From the NCBI GenBank assembly GCA_963793305.1, contig CAWBZV010000003.1, positions 1,120,001 to 1,184,000 on the forward strand: a stretch of DNA of 64,000 nt, read 5' to 3'. This document shows, in pieces, positions 10,258 to 21,200 of the stretch (position 1 is its first letter; each line of letters begins with the position of its first letter). The position numbers and the translations under genes were made by a program. The stretch is from an uncultured Gemmatimonadales bacterium. GTDB taxonomy: Bacteria; Gemmatimonadota; Gemmatimonadetes; Gemmatimonadales; Gemmatimonadaceae. The notes beneath the pieces were generated by a model. The model saw nothing but the letters and a program-made list of their open reading frames with translations, ran no database searches and was not told where the DNA came from.

Positions 10258-11766
10258 TCAAGGCACTCGGGTGTAGCGCGTGATCACCTCTCGCACGGCA
10301 TCGGTCGCCGTAAACTCCTCCATTTTCGGCGGCGCCTCCGCTCCCGCCTCGAGTAGCGCCTGGACGGCGCCCGCAAAGTCCCCGGTGTCGCGATGCCAGC
10401 CGTTCTCCGACCCATAACAGGCCCACCCCAGCGGCGTCATCGCGTACACCCCCTCGAACAGATCCACCGTGGGATGATACCGCAGGATCTCCCGTACCAT
10501 CGCCGCATTGCCGTGGAATCCGGCCCAATGGAGCGCGGCCCCTCCATGCGTGCCGACGAAGTCGACCGGCCAGCCCGCGCCGAGCATCAGCCGCACGGCG
10601 TCGAGATTATTGTTCTCGGCCGCGTCGGCGAGCTTGCGATTGTCGGCGTCCGATAGCGTCGCCACCAGATTGGGCTTCTGTTTCAGCAGGTCACGAAACG
10701 CTGCCTCATCCCCGACCTCGGCGGCAATCGCGAACCGCAGGTCGCTCGGGCTTCGGTCCATGAGCAGCTGATAGACATCCGGATGCCCGAAGGACTTCGC
10801 GATGCTGTGCGCCGTCCGGTGGTGCCCGAGGACCCATATATAGATGGTCCCGCCGGCCTCCGGGTTCTTCTTCGGGAACCAGTGCTCGTCCACGCGCGTC
10901 CTGATCGACTCGGGATCAGCGTCGAGGTGTTTCTTCACGAGCGCGATATCGCCGAGCGCCGAGGCCATCAGAATATCCGTTCGACACCCGCGGGCGACGA
11001 GCGCGCGCGCAACGTCGGTGCGCTCCTTCGCAAAGTGACGCGTCTGCGTGACGCGCAGCATGTACTGCGCCGGCGTCGACTCGTGGTCGATATCCAATGC
11101 GTCGATATCGGCGCCGTGTTCGAGTAGCAACTGGGCGATCTCCATCGTCGACGCCATGTGCAACGGTGTCTGTCCGTCGGGCCCGTGGAAATGAACGACC
11201 GATGGACGCGTGGCGATCATCGCCCGGAGCTCGTCGATCATGCCAAGCCGCGCCGCGGCCGGCGCTTCGGCAATCGCGCCGCGCTCGATGAGATACGGCG
11301 CGAATTCGGCGCTCGTCTGATCGAGCACATGGAACCCACCGGCCCACCAGTGGCTCTTCTGGTTGATATCGGCGCCGAATTCCAAGAGCACGTCGACCAT
11401 CGGTCCATTGGTTCGCATGACGACTTCGAGGAGCGCCGTTTGGCCGAACGAGCTCCCGGCGAAGGGTTCGTTGATCCCCGCTCTGAGCGCTGGCGAGGAA
11501 GCGAGGATCCGTCGCATGGCCGCCGGGTCGTGTCTAATGATTGCGTCCATGAGGGCACGCGCCGGATCGGCCGCCATCACGAGGGTCTCGACGTGATTCT
11601 TGAGATCCGCCCACGTCGAGAACCCATACTCACGGGCGGTTTCGTGTTGCGCGTCGGATAGTTGCCGGCGCGTGCCGGGGTCCTGCTGTCGCCATTCGCG
11701 CAGCAGGGCTTTGGCTTGCTTACGGAGATGTTCGAGGTTCGGCTGGGCCGGTAGTTCGCGGGACAT
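10258..11766 (-). CDS. ankyrin-repeat protein with an N-terminal helical domain (LPAQPNLEHLRKQAK...AREYGFSTW)
   Basis: Ankyrin motifs GQTPLHMA, LLEHGADIDA, GAALHWAGFHGN, TPLGWA. RBS GGAGG. Confidence 0.88.
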   Translation of the reverse strand: MSRELPAQPNLEHLRKQAKALLREWRQQDPGTRRQLSDAQHETAREYGFSTWADLKNHVETLVMAADPARALMDAIIRHDPAAMRRILASSPALRAGINEPFAGSSFGQTALLEVVMRTNGPMVDVLLEFGADINQKSHWWAGGFHVLDQTSAEFAPYLIERGAIAEAPAAARLGMIDELRAMIATRPSVVHFHGPDGQTPLHMASTMEIAQLLLEHGADIDALDIDHESTPAQYMLRVTQTRHFAKERTDVARALVARGCRTDILMASALGDIALVKKHLDADPESIRTRVDEHWFPKKNPEAGGTIYIWVLGHHRTAHSIAKSFGHPDVYQLLMDRSPSDLRFAIAAEVGDEAAFRDLLKQKPNLVATLSDADNRKLADAAENNNLDAVRLMLGAGWPVDFVGTHGGAALHWAGFHGNAAMVREILRYHPTVDLFEGVYAMTPLGWACYGSENGWHRDTGDFAGAVQALLEAGAEAPPKMEEFTATDAVREVITRYTRVP

Positions 11767-11888
11767 AGCTCCTCCTTCCGTGACGCCCGGTGTCCGCTAT
11801 TTCGGGCAGAAGAGAGGATGCATTGGGCAATCGATATGGCTCAGGTGGGATAATCCCTTTCCGCGGACGGGGTGCGACCTGGATCGCA
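11767..11888 (-). ncRNA. candidate structured cis-regulatory leader RNA of the ankyrin gene
   Basis: Hairpins at 11873-11888, 11847-11857 and 11785-11807. The loop of the last (11792-11797) is complementary to 11863-11868. Extended -10 TGtTATAGT on the minus strand at about 11894-11902. Confidence 0.45.
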
Positions 11889-11924
11889 ACTGTACTATAA
11901 CACATTTCGTCTCTAAGTTGGCTA

Positions 11925-13541
11925 ATGGCTTATCGCGTGCTGCTCACCGACAACATCGACCCTGATGGCGTGGCCGTACTGACGGCCGAGCCCGAGCTCT
12001 CGGTCGACACCGTTCCGACGCTCTCACGCGAGGATCTGATCGCGCGCATCGGGGTGTACGATGCGTTGGTCGCGCGGAGTGCGACGCGAGTGTCCCGGGA
12101 GGTGCTGCGCGCGGGGTCACGGCTCGCGGTCGTGGGCCGTGCAGGCGCGGGGGTCGACAACATCGCGGTCGACGCGGCGACCGAGATGGGCATTGCGGTC
12201 ATCAATGCTCCAGCCGGCAACACGGTCGCCGTGGCCGAGCTGTTCTTCGGGTCCGTATTGAGCCTGTTGCGCCACATCCCACAGGCCGACCGCTCGATCC
12301 GCGAGGGCCGCTGGGAGAAAACCCGATTCTTGGGACGCGAGTTGCGGGGGCGCACGCTCGGTATCATTGGCCTGGGTCGCATCGGCGGCGAGATCGCGAC
12401 GCGCGCGCACGCATTCGGCATGACGGTGGTCGCCTACGACCCGTACGTGGGCGACGCGCGATTCCATGCGCTACGCGTTCGTCGCGCGACGGTGCTCGAC
12501 GACATGCTGGCCGAGTCGTCGGTCCTCTCCGTGCACACGCCGCTGGTCGAGAATGAAGGGCTCCTCGGCGAGCGTGAGCTATCGCGCTTGCCGGTGGGCG
12601 CGATCGTCGCGAACCTCGCGCGTGGCGGCATTATTGACGAGAGCGCGCTGGCCGCGGCGCTCGTCGGCGATCATCTGGCCGGGGCGGTCCTCGACGTGTT
12701 CGGAACGGAGCCGCTGCCGGCCGATCATCCGCTGCGCGCGGCGCCGAACGTCGTGCTCACGCCGCACATCGGTGCGTCGACCATCGAAGCGCAGCGCTCC
12801 GTTGCCGTCGACGTGTGCCGTGCGGTGCGCGATGCATTGTTGCACGGTGAGCTCTCGCGTTCGATCAACGCCGCGCTGGTCGAGGGTGTCAACGCCGCCG
12901 ACGTCCGCCCGGCGCTCCTGCTCACTCGCCAACTCGCCGCCGTCGCACAGGCACTGCTCGCGAGCCGTGAGGCGCGCGCGATCGACCGTGTCGAGGTGAC
13001 GCCGGGCGAGTCGCTGGCGGGTGCTCGCGACGCATTGCTCGCCGCGGCCGCGCACGGTGTGCTCGCTCCGGTGCTCTCGCACGAGCGGCTGAACCTGATC
13101 AACGCCCGCGCCCTCGCTGTCGCTCGCGGCATCGCGCTCTCGGCCACCGAACGCGTGCCGGCCGAAAACGGCGCGGCGGCGTATTCGCTCAGCGTCCGCG
13201 TCTCGAGTGGCGCCGAGGAGATCACGGTCACTGGCTCGGCGCATCCCGCGGCCGCACCGCGGATCACGCGCATCGGTGCGTTCCGCGTCGACGTGTATCC
13301 TCGCGGCACGCTCCTCATTTTGTCCAACCGCGACGTGCCCGGCGTCATCGGTCACGTCGGTACGGTGCTCGGCGCGGCCCACGCGAACATCGCCGAGTAT
13401 CACCAGGCGCGCTTGGCCCAAGGCGGCGCGGCGCTGGCGGCGATCACCGTCGACGGTCCGGTGGGCGACGAGGTCCGCTCGGCGTTGCTCGCGTTGCCCG
13501 AGGTTCACGCGGTCACCGTCGTCGAGCTGCCGGCCGAGTAG
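11925..13541 (+). CDS. serA: D-3-phosphoglycerate dehydrogenase
   Basis: GRAGAGVDNI, NAPAGNT, GIIGLGRIG, TPHIGAST, C-terminal ACT domain (NRDVPGVIG). Confidence 0.95.
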   Translation: MAYRVLLTDNIDPDGVAVLTAEPELSVDTVPTLSREDLIARIGVYDALVARSATRVSREVLRAGSRLAVVGRAGAGVDNIAVDAATEMGIAVINAPAGNTVAVAELFFGSVLSLLRHIPQADRSIREGRWEKTRFLGRELRGRTLGIIGLGRIGGEIATRAHAFGMTVVAYDPYVGDARFHALRVRRATVLDDMLAESSVLSVHTPLVENEGLLGERELSRLPVGAIVANLARGGIIDESALAAALVGDHLAGAVLDVFGTEPLPADHPLRAAPNVVLTPHIGASTIEAQRSVAVDVCRAVRDALLHGELSRSINAALVEGVNAADVRPALLLTRQLAAVAQALLASREARAIDRVEVTPGESLAGARDALLAAAAHGVLAPVLSHERLNLINARALAVARGIALSATERVPAENGAAAYSLSVRVSSGAEEITVTGSAHPAAAPRITRIGAFRVDVYPRGTLLILSNRDVPGVIGHVGTVLGAAHANIAEYHQARLAQGGAALAAITVDGPVGDEVRSALLALPEVHAVTVVELPAE

Positions 13542-14179
13542 TGCCGTTCGCGTCGGTCATTCTCGACGTCGATTCGACGCTGACGAGTGTGGAAGGGATT
13601 GCCTGGCTGGGGGCCCGTCGGGGTGCGGCCGTCATGGCGGCAGTCGACGCGATGACGGCTGATGCGATGACGGGTGCCTTACCACTAGATGCCGTGTACG
13701 CGAAACGCCTATCGCTCGTCCGCCCATCGCGTACCGATCTCGCCGCCCTCGCCGAGGCCTACGCGGCGGGTCTCATGCCTGGCGCTCGTGACGCGATTGG
13801 CACGCTCCGCGAAGCGGGCGTGCACTTATCGCTCGTCAGCGGCGGTCTCCGCGAAGCCATCTTGCCCTTCGCGGCCGGTTTGGGGTTCACCACCAAGGAT
13901 GTCCACGCGGTGGAGCTCCAATTCACGCCGGATGGCGCCTACGCCGGATTCGACGCCGCCACTCCGCTCGCCTGTGCCGGCGGCAAGCCCCGCGTCGCGC
14001 GCACCCTCGGCCTGCGCGGCCCGGTGCTCGCGGTTGGCGATGGCAGCACCGACGCCGAGCTCAAACCGTGCGTCGACGCTTTCGCCGCATTCACGGGCGT
14101 CGCGCGCCGGGAATCTGTCGTCGCCGTCGCCGATTACGTCATCACTCAATTCGCCGAGCTGCCTGCTCTCGTCCTATGA
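13541..14179 (+). CDS. serB: HAD-IB phosphoserine phosphatase
   Basis: DVDSTL, VSGG, K and VGDGSTD HAD motifs. Coupled to serA. Confidence 0.85.
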   Translation: MPFASVILDVDSTLTSVEGIAWLGARRGAAVMAAVDAMTADAMTGALPLDAVYAKRLSLVRPSRTDLAALAEAYAAGLMPGARDAIGTLREAGVHLSLVSGGLREAILPFAAGLGFTTKDVHAVELQFTPDGAYAGFDAATPLACAGGKPRVARTLGLRGPVLAVGDGSTDAELKPCVDAFAAFTGVARRESVVAVADYVITQFAELPALVL

Positions 14180-15249
14180 CTTTCGGCACCTTCTTCGTCC
14201 CCGGTCCCACCGAAGTCCGCCCCGAGATCCTCCAGGCGATGACCCAGCCGATGATCTCCCACCGCGGCTCGGCGTTTCGCTCACTATTCGAGCGCTGTCA
14301 GACTGGCCTCCGCACTGTCTTCTGCACCAACCGCCCAGTCTTCATCGCGACGTGCTCGGCCACGGGCCTGATGGAAGCCGCGATCCGCAACGCGCCTCCC
14401 GGCAGCGTGCTCGCCTGCGTCAACGGCGCCTTCTCCGATCGCTTCTCGCTGATCGCCGAGAAGTGCGGCCGCGTATCGGAACGCTACGAAGTCCCGTGGG
14501 GTGAGGTCCACGACTCGGCCACAGTCGCCGCCCGCGTATCCGCCGGCCACCACACTGTCGTTGCCGTCGTCCACTCCGAGACATCCACAGGCGCCCTCAA
14601 CGACGTGCGCGCAATCTCCGACGCCGCCCACCGCGCGGGCGCTGTCTGCGTGATCGACAGCGTCAGCGGCATCCGCGGCGCCGAGCTGCGGTTCGACGAC
14701 TGGGGCCTCGACTTCGTCTTCACGGGCTCCCAAAAGGCACTCGCGCTCCCTCCGGGCCTCGCCTTCGGCGTCGCCACCGAGCGCTTCCTCTCCTCCGGCG
14801 ACCGCTCCGCGCGTGGCGCGTACTTCGACCTCGCCGAGTTCGCGTCGGGAGCAGCGAAGGGCGAAGCTCCCAATACGCCCGCGATCTCTCTTTACTACGC
14901 CCTCGCGGCGCAACTCGAGTGCATCCTGGAAGAAGGCATCGAGAACGCGTGGAAACGCCACGCCGCGATGGCGGCGATGACATACGCGTGGGCCGAGGAT
15001 CTCACGCGCGACGGGATTGCGGTGAGCCCGTTCGCGAAGGCCGGCCATCGCTCGCCGACGGTGACCGCGATCTCATTGCCGAAGGGCATCACCGGCGAAG
15101 CCGTCGTGAAGGCCGTGTCTGCGGCCGGCATCACACTCGGCGCGGGATACGGGAAGCTCAAAGACACGACGATCCGGATCGGCCACATGGGCGACCATAC
15201 ACCGGAGACCGTCGAGCGCTGTCTCGAGAAGCTGGCCGGCGCGTTGTAA
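14176..15249 (+). CDS. class V PLP aminotransferase (alanine/serine-glyoxylate type; probable SerC substitute)
   Basis: PGPTEV, HSETSTG, DSVS, GSQKALALPPG, RIGHMG. ATGA overlap with serB. Confidence 0.88.
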   Translation: MTFGTFFVPGPTEVRPEILQAMTQPMISHRGSAFRSLFERCQTGLRTVFCTNRPVFIATCSATGLMEAAIRNAPPGSVLACVNGAFSDRFSLIAEKCGRVSERYEVPWGEVHDSATVAARVSAGHHTVVAVVHSETSTGALNDVRAISDAAHRAGAVCVIDSVSGIRGAELRFDDWGLDFVFTGSQKALALPPGLAFGVATERFLSSGDRSARGAYFDLAEFASGAAKGEAPNTPAISLYYALAAQLECILEEGIENAWKRHAAMAAMTYAWAEDLTRDGIAVSPFAKAGHRSPTVTAISLPKGITGEAVVKAVSAAGITLGAGYGKLKDTTIRIGHMGDHTPETVERCLEKLAGAL

Positions 15250-15312
15250 ACGCGGCTACATGGGGCATTCAGCCCATGGCGGTGATGGACTCGACACCGC
15301 ATCCTGCACGCC

Positions 15313-17148
15313 ATGTCACGGTTTGCTATCGCGCTGGTACTGACGCTGTTGGGCGCCGGCGGGCTCGCGGCTCAGACGTGTTCGGAACGCCAGACCAAGC
15401 GATCGGACTCGCTGCCGATGCTGAACCGGCCAACCGTATTTATCAGCTCGGATAGCGGCAAAGTCAGCGGTAGTTTGCCGTTCGACGAGCGATTCAACCT
15501 TTCGGGACCTGCGGATTCGTCCCTCGTCGCGGTCGCAGTGCGGTTGATCCGATTGACGCCGGACATCCCCAACGTCGAGGCAGACCCTTGCCGCGACAGT
15601 CTCTTCAACGACCCTCGAGCGACCCGTTGGAATCGCACGGATAAACGGGTCAAAGTTTTCACGGTACTGGTCCGCCCGATCGTGCCAAGCTCGCCGTATG
15701 TGATCCGCGTCGCGACGTTGACGCGTTTGCCGGATTCCGTTATTCGCTCCGCAGCGAGCGCCATAGCCGACAGTATCCGGACGGCGCAGGACTCTGTTGA
15801 GGCGCGAACGGTTCGTGTGGTGGCCAACCTCGTGCCGGCTGACACCCTCTATTCGACCGCCGAACGAGCGGCCTTTGGAGTGGACAGCGGCGTATCCTCG
15901 CGACACTCGACGCCTCACAAGTACGTGGTCACTCAAGCACTATTGCGCGTCGCGAGTTTCCAGTCGGTGCGCACAGATCGGCACAATGACTCGGTGACTC
16001 GCCATGCCGACACGGTAACCAGCCACGGTGACTCGGCTCGGCGCGTTGACTCGGCCCGGCGCCAAACTGATTACCGGACGTTCCAACAGCAGTACCAACA
16101 AGCCCGGCGTGCCCGGGCCGGGGCCATTGAGCAATTGGACGCGGACACTGGTTGGATCCGTATTCGCCTCGATGCGCTGACGCGCCAGATCACACCGTTC
16201 TCATTTCTGTTGTTGCCGAACGATTTTGACGGTGGTCACTATCGGTCCGCAATCATCTTCACGCAAGCACTCCCCGCGCGATTGACTCGAGAGAAGCAGC
16301 GCATCATCGATGGCCAGACGCTCGTGGAGAACGCGGACGACACCGTCGAGTCGCTTGGCCATGCCGCGATTCTGCATAGTGCGGCCATCACGCCGATCCA
16401 GGGCCGGCTGGCGATGCTCGATGCCGATGTTCGTGACCAATACGAGTTGTTCACGATCGCGAGGCGTGATCCGCTGGTCCGAGAGCGGTTGCGTGGGGAT
16501 ACCGCACGGCTCGACTCAGCGATGACGATCGACACATCGCTCATTCGACTCGTGTCCCAAGAACGCGAGACCTACGGCGCGCTGGCCAAATCCCTCGACG
16601 CGCTCGACTCGGCGGCCCTGCAGTACGCTCGCACGGTCGTGCCGCGACTCAAGCCAGATTCGCTGGCGTTCTTCGCCACGACGGATCACCAGTTCGATGA
16701 TCGAGCGTCGCTCTACATCAGCGCTGACATTGGCGTGCTCGTCGCCACCCCCATCTTCCAGCGCTTCTCGGGCACGGTCGTCACGCCGTACGTCGGGGTG
16801 AATATTTACCCGTTGGCGGTGAACAAGAAGGCGCCGTTGAGCGATTGCGAGCAGATGCCGCAGTGCCGGTTCAAGCGCTTCTCGGCCACGATCGGAGTCA
16901 CGACCAGTAGCATCGGTCGGACCGGTGTTCGCACGGATCTCTTTGGCCAACACAGTCTGTATGTCGGCGTCGGCTACCGCTGGAACAGTTACTTGCGGGC
17001 CACCGCCGGCTCGCTGATGTATCAGACCTATTCGACCGACGGTGCGCATACGCTCCGCTTCAACATGACACCGGCGCTCTCGCTGTCGTTCGATTGGGAT
17101 GTTAAGAGCACATTGGGCGGCATAGCTTCACTCCTGGGCGGTGGTTGA
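15313..17148 (+). CDS. exported hypothetical protein: helical middle region, C-terminal outer-membrane beta-barrel-like region
   Basis: Signal peptide MSRFAIALVLTLLGAGGLAA. C-terminal alternating beta strands (YISADIGV, PYVGVNIY, LYVGVGYRW, PALSLSFDWD). Confidence 0.7.
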   Translation: MSRFAIALVLTLLGAGGLAAQTCSERQTKRSDSLPMLNRPTVFISSDSGKVSGSLPFDERFNLSGPADSSLVAVAVRLIRLTPDIPNVEADPCRDSLFNDPRATRWNRTDKRVKVFTVLVRPIVPSSPYVIRVATLTRLPDSVIRSAASAIADSIRTAQDSVEARTVRVVANLVPADTLYSTAERAAFGVDSGVSSRHSTPHKYVVTQALLRVASFQSVRTDRHNDSVTRHADTVTSHGDSARRVDSARRQTDYRTFQQQYQQARRARAGAIEQLDADTGWIRIRLDALTRQITPFSFLLLPNDFDGGHYRSAIIFTQALPARLTREKQRIIDGQTLVENADDTVESLGHAAILHSAAITPIQGRLAMLDADVRDQYELFTIARRDPLVRERLRGDTARLDSAMTIDTSLIRLVSQERETYGALAKSLDALDSAALQYARTVVPRLKPDSLAFFATTDHQFDDRASLYISADIGVLVATPIFQRFSGTVVTPYVGVNIYPLAVNKKAPLSDCEQMPQCRFKRFSATIGVTTSSIGRTGVRTDLFGQHSLYVGVGYRWNSYLRATAGSLMYQTYSTDGAHTLRFNMTPALSLSFDWDVKSTLGGIASLLGGG

Positions 17149-17492
17149 TGTCGGCGGCCATGAACAACATCACCTTGCTCGACACGCAGCCAGTCCCCGC
17201 GATCCCCATTCCGGGCCCCGTGACGCTCTCGTTCACCGCTACCGCGTGGACGCCGACGCAACGCGTCAACGTGTCATACTCGATCATGCAGACCGCGAAC
17301 GTCACGCTTGCTGACAGCACAGGCCTGGATAGCGTCGCGATTCCGGATCGCGCGACTCCCGTCACACTCCAGACCCGATTCCGGCTCAAGCAGGGGACGA
17401 CCGCGCCGCAAAGCTTTGAAGTCCATGCCGAGGTGTTCGACAACAAGGTGCGGCAGTTCGAGGTCGTCTGGATCATCGGGGTGAAACCGTGA
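17145..17492 (+). CDS. small beta-rich hypothetical protein (Ig-like?)
   Basis: 115-aa ORF overlapping both neighbours by 4 bp, Thr/Val-rich strands. Confidence 0.6.
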   Translation: MMSAAMNNITLLDTQPVPAIPIPGPVTLSFTATAWTPTQRVNVSYSIMQTANVTLADSTGLDSVAIPDRATPVTLQTRFRLKQGTTAPQSFEVHAEVFDNKVRQFEVVWIIGVKP

Positions 17493-18139
17493 AGCGCTTC
17501 GTGCTCGCCTTAGGCGTGCTCCTCGCATGTCACGACTCGGTCGATCCAGGAGCGACCGGCCTGACCTCTCTGGGCGCGGCGCCCGACACGGTGCTCGCCA
17601 ATGCCGTCAGCGAGACGAAACTGAGCGCGACGGTCGACCCGCATTCGATAGCGCCCTGGTCCGTCACGTTCACCTCGACGGCCGGTGTGTTCGCGGAAAC
17701 CGGGACACAAGCGGCCACGCAAGGTGCGGATCCCACGGGCCTGGCGACTGTCTACTTGCGCGCACCACGCGATTCGGCGACAGCCACGGTCACCGCGACG
17801 GTTGACACCGTGGTGCGGAGCATGACCGTGTATTTCGCGCTCGCGTCCGTCGACTCGATCACACTCGTGCCAGCCGCGCTCCATGTCCCGGACTCGGTTC
17901 AGGTCACGGCCTACCTGAGAAGCAACGTCGGCTTCCCGAGTCCGGGCGTGCTTCTCAAGTTCACAGCGACCGGGTCGGCGGGCGACTCAACCGGTCAGTT
18001 CACGCCCGTTTTGCCGAGCGATACGACGAATGTTGTGAACGTCCAATACTACCGGGATTCAACCTACGCGGGGACTGTGACAATTGTCGCGACAGCGCCC
18101 AACGGCGTCGTCGGACGTGCTGTCATCACCGTGCCATAG
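17489..18139 (+). CDS. lipoprotein with bacterial Ig-like (Big_1/invasin-type) domains
   Basis: Lipobox LLAC. PDTVLANAVSETKLSATV, VTFTSTAG, GLATVYL, ATVTATV. Confidence 0.75.
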   Translation: MKRFVLALGVLLACHDSVDPGATGLTSLGAAPDTVLANAVSETKLSATVDPHSIAPWSVTFTSTAGVFAETGTQAATQGADPTGLATVYLRAPRDSATATVTATVDTVVRSMTVYFALASVDSITLVPAALHVPDSVQVTAYLRSNVGFPSPGVLLKFTATGSAGDSTGQFTPVLPSDTTNVVNVQYYRDSTYAGTVTIVATAPNGVVGRAVITVP

Positions 18140-18216
18140 GCGATTTCGCCTAGGCGGTCTGGCGCAGTGCCGCCGGTGATTGTGGACGGCGTGTTCAACA
18201 ATCGCCAAGTTGGCGG

Positions 18217-21200
18217 ATGTCCCTTCGCCATCCTGCCGCACTGATGCTTGTCGGGTGCCTGGTCGCGGCAGCGACCAGCTGTAGGCGAGAGGCTAACGAC
18301 GCCGACAGCCTCGTTCGAGCGCTGGCGAGCCTGCACATGCCACGGTCCACGGTCGCCCGATTATCAATCGCCAGCCGCTACATCCGATGTGACTCCTTGG
18401 AGGCGGGTGAGTGTCGGCACCCGCCAGCGTTTGACGGAGCACTCCTCGCTCGCGTCGGCGCGATCGCCGCGCGCGCAGCCACACGCCTTCACGACCACTA
18501 TGACCCTGACGCGGTCCATGCGGCCGCACTCATCGACCTGCTGTGGGCTGACCCCGCGGGAAATTCTCTGCGTCGGGCCATCTCATCTCTTCGGTTGGTG
18601 GCGCAAGTGTCGACGCACCCCGTTCCATTGCTGACCGATCTCGCGGCCGCGCTGCTTCTACGCGACGCGCACACCGGATCAGCGAGCGATGTGGTCGAGG
18701 CAGTCGATGTAGCCCAGCGCGCGGTTGAGCTGGATTCCCTGAATGCCGCAGCGAGGTTCGATCTGGCGCTTGCGCTCGATCGACTGGGCCTCGCCGCACA
18801 AGCTGGTCGTGCATGGAGAGATTACGTGCGTATCGATATTTCGTCACCGTGGGCCGACGAAGCGCGCGCTGGTGTGAGGCGCTGCGACAGTATCGCCGCT
18901 CCAGCCCATGACACGGCCAGCTCGCCGCAGGTCGCTCGTGTCACGGGCTGGGACTCCGTGCTTGGCGCGTGGGGAACCGCGGTGTCACAGAACAGCACCG
19001 CGCATGCCAAGGCTTCGTTGGGGCGGGCAAGTCAGCTCGCGAAGCTCGTGCAACGGTCCGGAGACGCATCGCTCGCGGAGGCAGTCCGCGGCATGCGAGC
19101 CAGTAGCGGCCGGCGCCGGCTCGCGCTGGCGCGAGGTTACCAAGCATACGCGCAGGGCCGACGAGCATTCTTGGCAGGGGATATGGATGGGGCGCGTCGA
19201 TGGCTGATGGTCGCTGCTCGCGCATCGTCAGGATCCGTGCTCGCTGCATGGGCATCGGTATATCTCGCCGCCACCGCATTGCAACTCGGTGACACCGCTT
19301 CGGCGTTCCGGCTTCTCGGCCCGGTCGTGCGGAGTGTTGACGCAGCACGGTATCCGGCGCTCGCGGGGCAAATGCACTGGACCCGGGCCGTCGTGCTCAT
19401 CCGCATTGGTCAGTACGAACACGGCCTGGTTGAGTCGCAGGTGGCCGAGCGGTCCTTCGCACGCGCCGGCGAACGGGAGAATCAGGGCGCCGTCGCATTT
19501 CTCCAGAGTACCGCGTATATCGCGCTCGGGAACCTCACGGCCGCGGCCCAGTCGCTCCGACGGACGTTACTCGTCCTCAGGTCCGATCGCCGCTCTGTCT
19601 TCCTCCACAATGTCCTCTTGGTATGGGCCGAGATGGAGTCTAACGGGCCCGTACGTGCGGCGAAGCGAATCGTGGACGAGGACATTGCGGTTGCCGACCT
19701 GTCCGGACTGCCGGTCGCGACCGTGGGAGCGCGGACCCTTCGCGCCCGCCTCCGCGCCCTGGAGAGAGATACGGCCGGTGCGGTGGCCGACTTGGATTCC
19801 GCGCGCACGCTCATCGCGTTTGTGCCGGCCGGACCTCTGTACCGCTGGCTAGCAGCGAACCTCGCCATTGCGCAGGCATCTCTCCGAACGAAACGTCGAG
19901 CCAGGGATGCGTCGCTCGACTCGGCGGTGAGCTTTTTCCAGGAGATCCACAGCGCCGCGCTCGAGCCGCAAGCGCTGGCTATCAGGGCCGAAGCGCGACT
20001 GATGCTCGGCGATACGGCTGACGGTGCCGCGGATCTCCGGCAGGCGCTGACCTTGCTCGCTGCGCAAGGAGAAGGGGTCGCCAGTGCGCCGCTCCGAGTG
20101 ACCTTTCTCGACGCCGCGCGACGGACCATCGATCGGCTCGTGCTACTCCGAATGCAACAGCCAGCAGAAGCGCTGGCGATACTGGAGCGCGGGCGGGCAG
20201 CGGTAGCGTCTGCCGTGCCGGACCCACAACGCGCCGCTGACGAGCCGATCCGATCACCGTCCGGTGTGGTCGTACTCGACTACTCGGTGATCGGCGACAC
20301 CGTGTTGAGCTGGACGGTGCGCGACACGCTCGTGCGTCTGCACCGTTGGACCGTCCGAAGCGGCGCGCTGTTCATGACCATTGCGAGGGTGGTGGCCGCC
20401 ATGGAGTCGCGCTCAAACGGAACGCAGGTCGAGCGCGACCTCTCCGATCTCTATCGGCAACTCGTTGCGCCGGTCGAGGCGGACTTGGGGCGTCGCGACA
20501 CATCGCTCATGATTGTCGCGGACGGAGAGTTGGCGGCAGTCCCGTTCGCGGCGTTACGCGATGGGAACGGGCATTATCTGGTCGAGTCACGCCTGCTGCG
20601 TTTCTCGAACAGCTTGCGTGACGTCACCGCGCCGCGCTCGACATCTCGCTCCCAGCCGTCAGCAGTCGTGCTCATTGGCGATCCGGCGTTTGCGGCGAAC
20701 CTCCACCCCGAGCTCGAGCGTCTTTCGGGCGCGCGTGCCGAAGTCGACTCCATCCAGGCGATCTATCCGACGGCGCGCGTGCTTCGCGATGCCGCGGCGG
20801 ATCGCCGAGCAGTGGAAGCCGCTCTGCGAGGCTCGACCGTGGTGCACTTCGCCGGCCATGCGCGCATCGACGATGATGAGCCGGAGCGATCCACGCTCGT
20901 TCTGGCGGGGACGACGCCAACCGCGGATCTCGATGCGGCTAGCATCGCGACCCAGCGCTTTTCGCGTGCCCCTCTCATCGTGCTATCCGCTTGCGAAACC
21001 GCTGTTCCACGCGCCGGCCGGTCCGGAGGGCTGGCGAGCCTCACCGGGGCTTTCTTGCGGGCCGGCGCAATCGGCGTCGTCGGGAGTTTGTGGCGCGTGG
21101 ACGACCACGACACGCAACCGCTCATGACTGCGCTGCACCGCGCCTATTCGCAATCTCGCGATGGCGCTGTCGCGCTTCGCGCGGCCCAATTGCAATTGGT

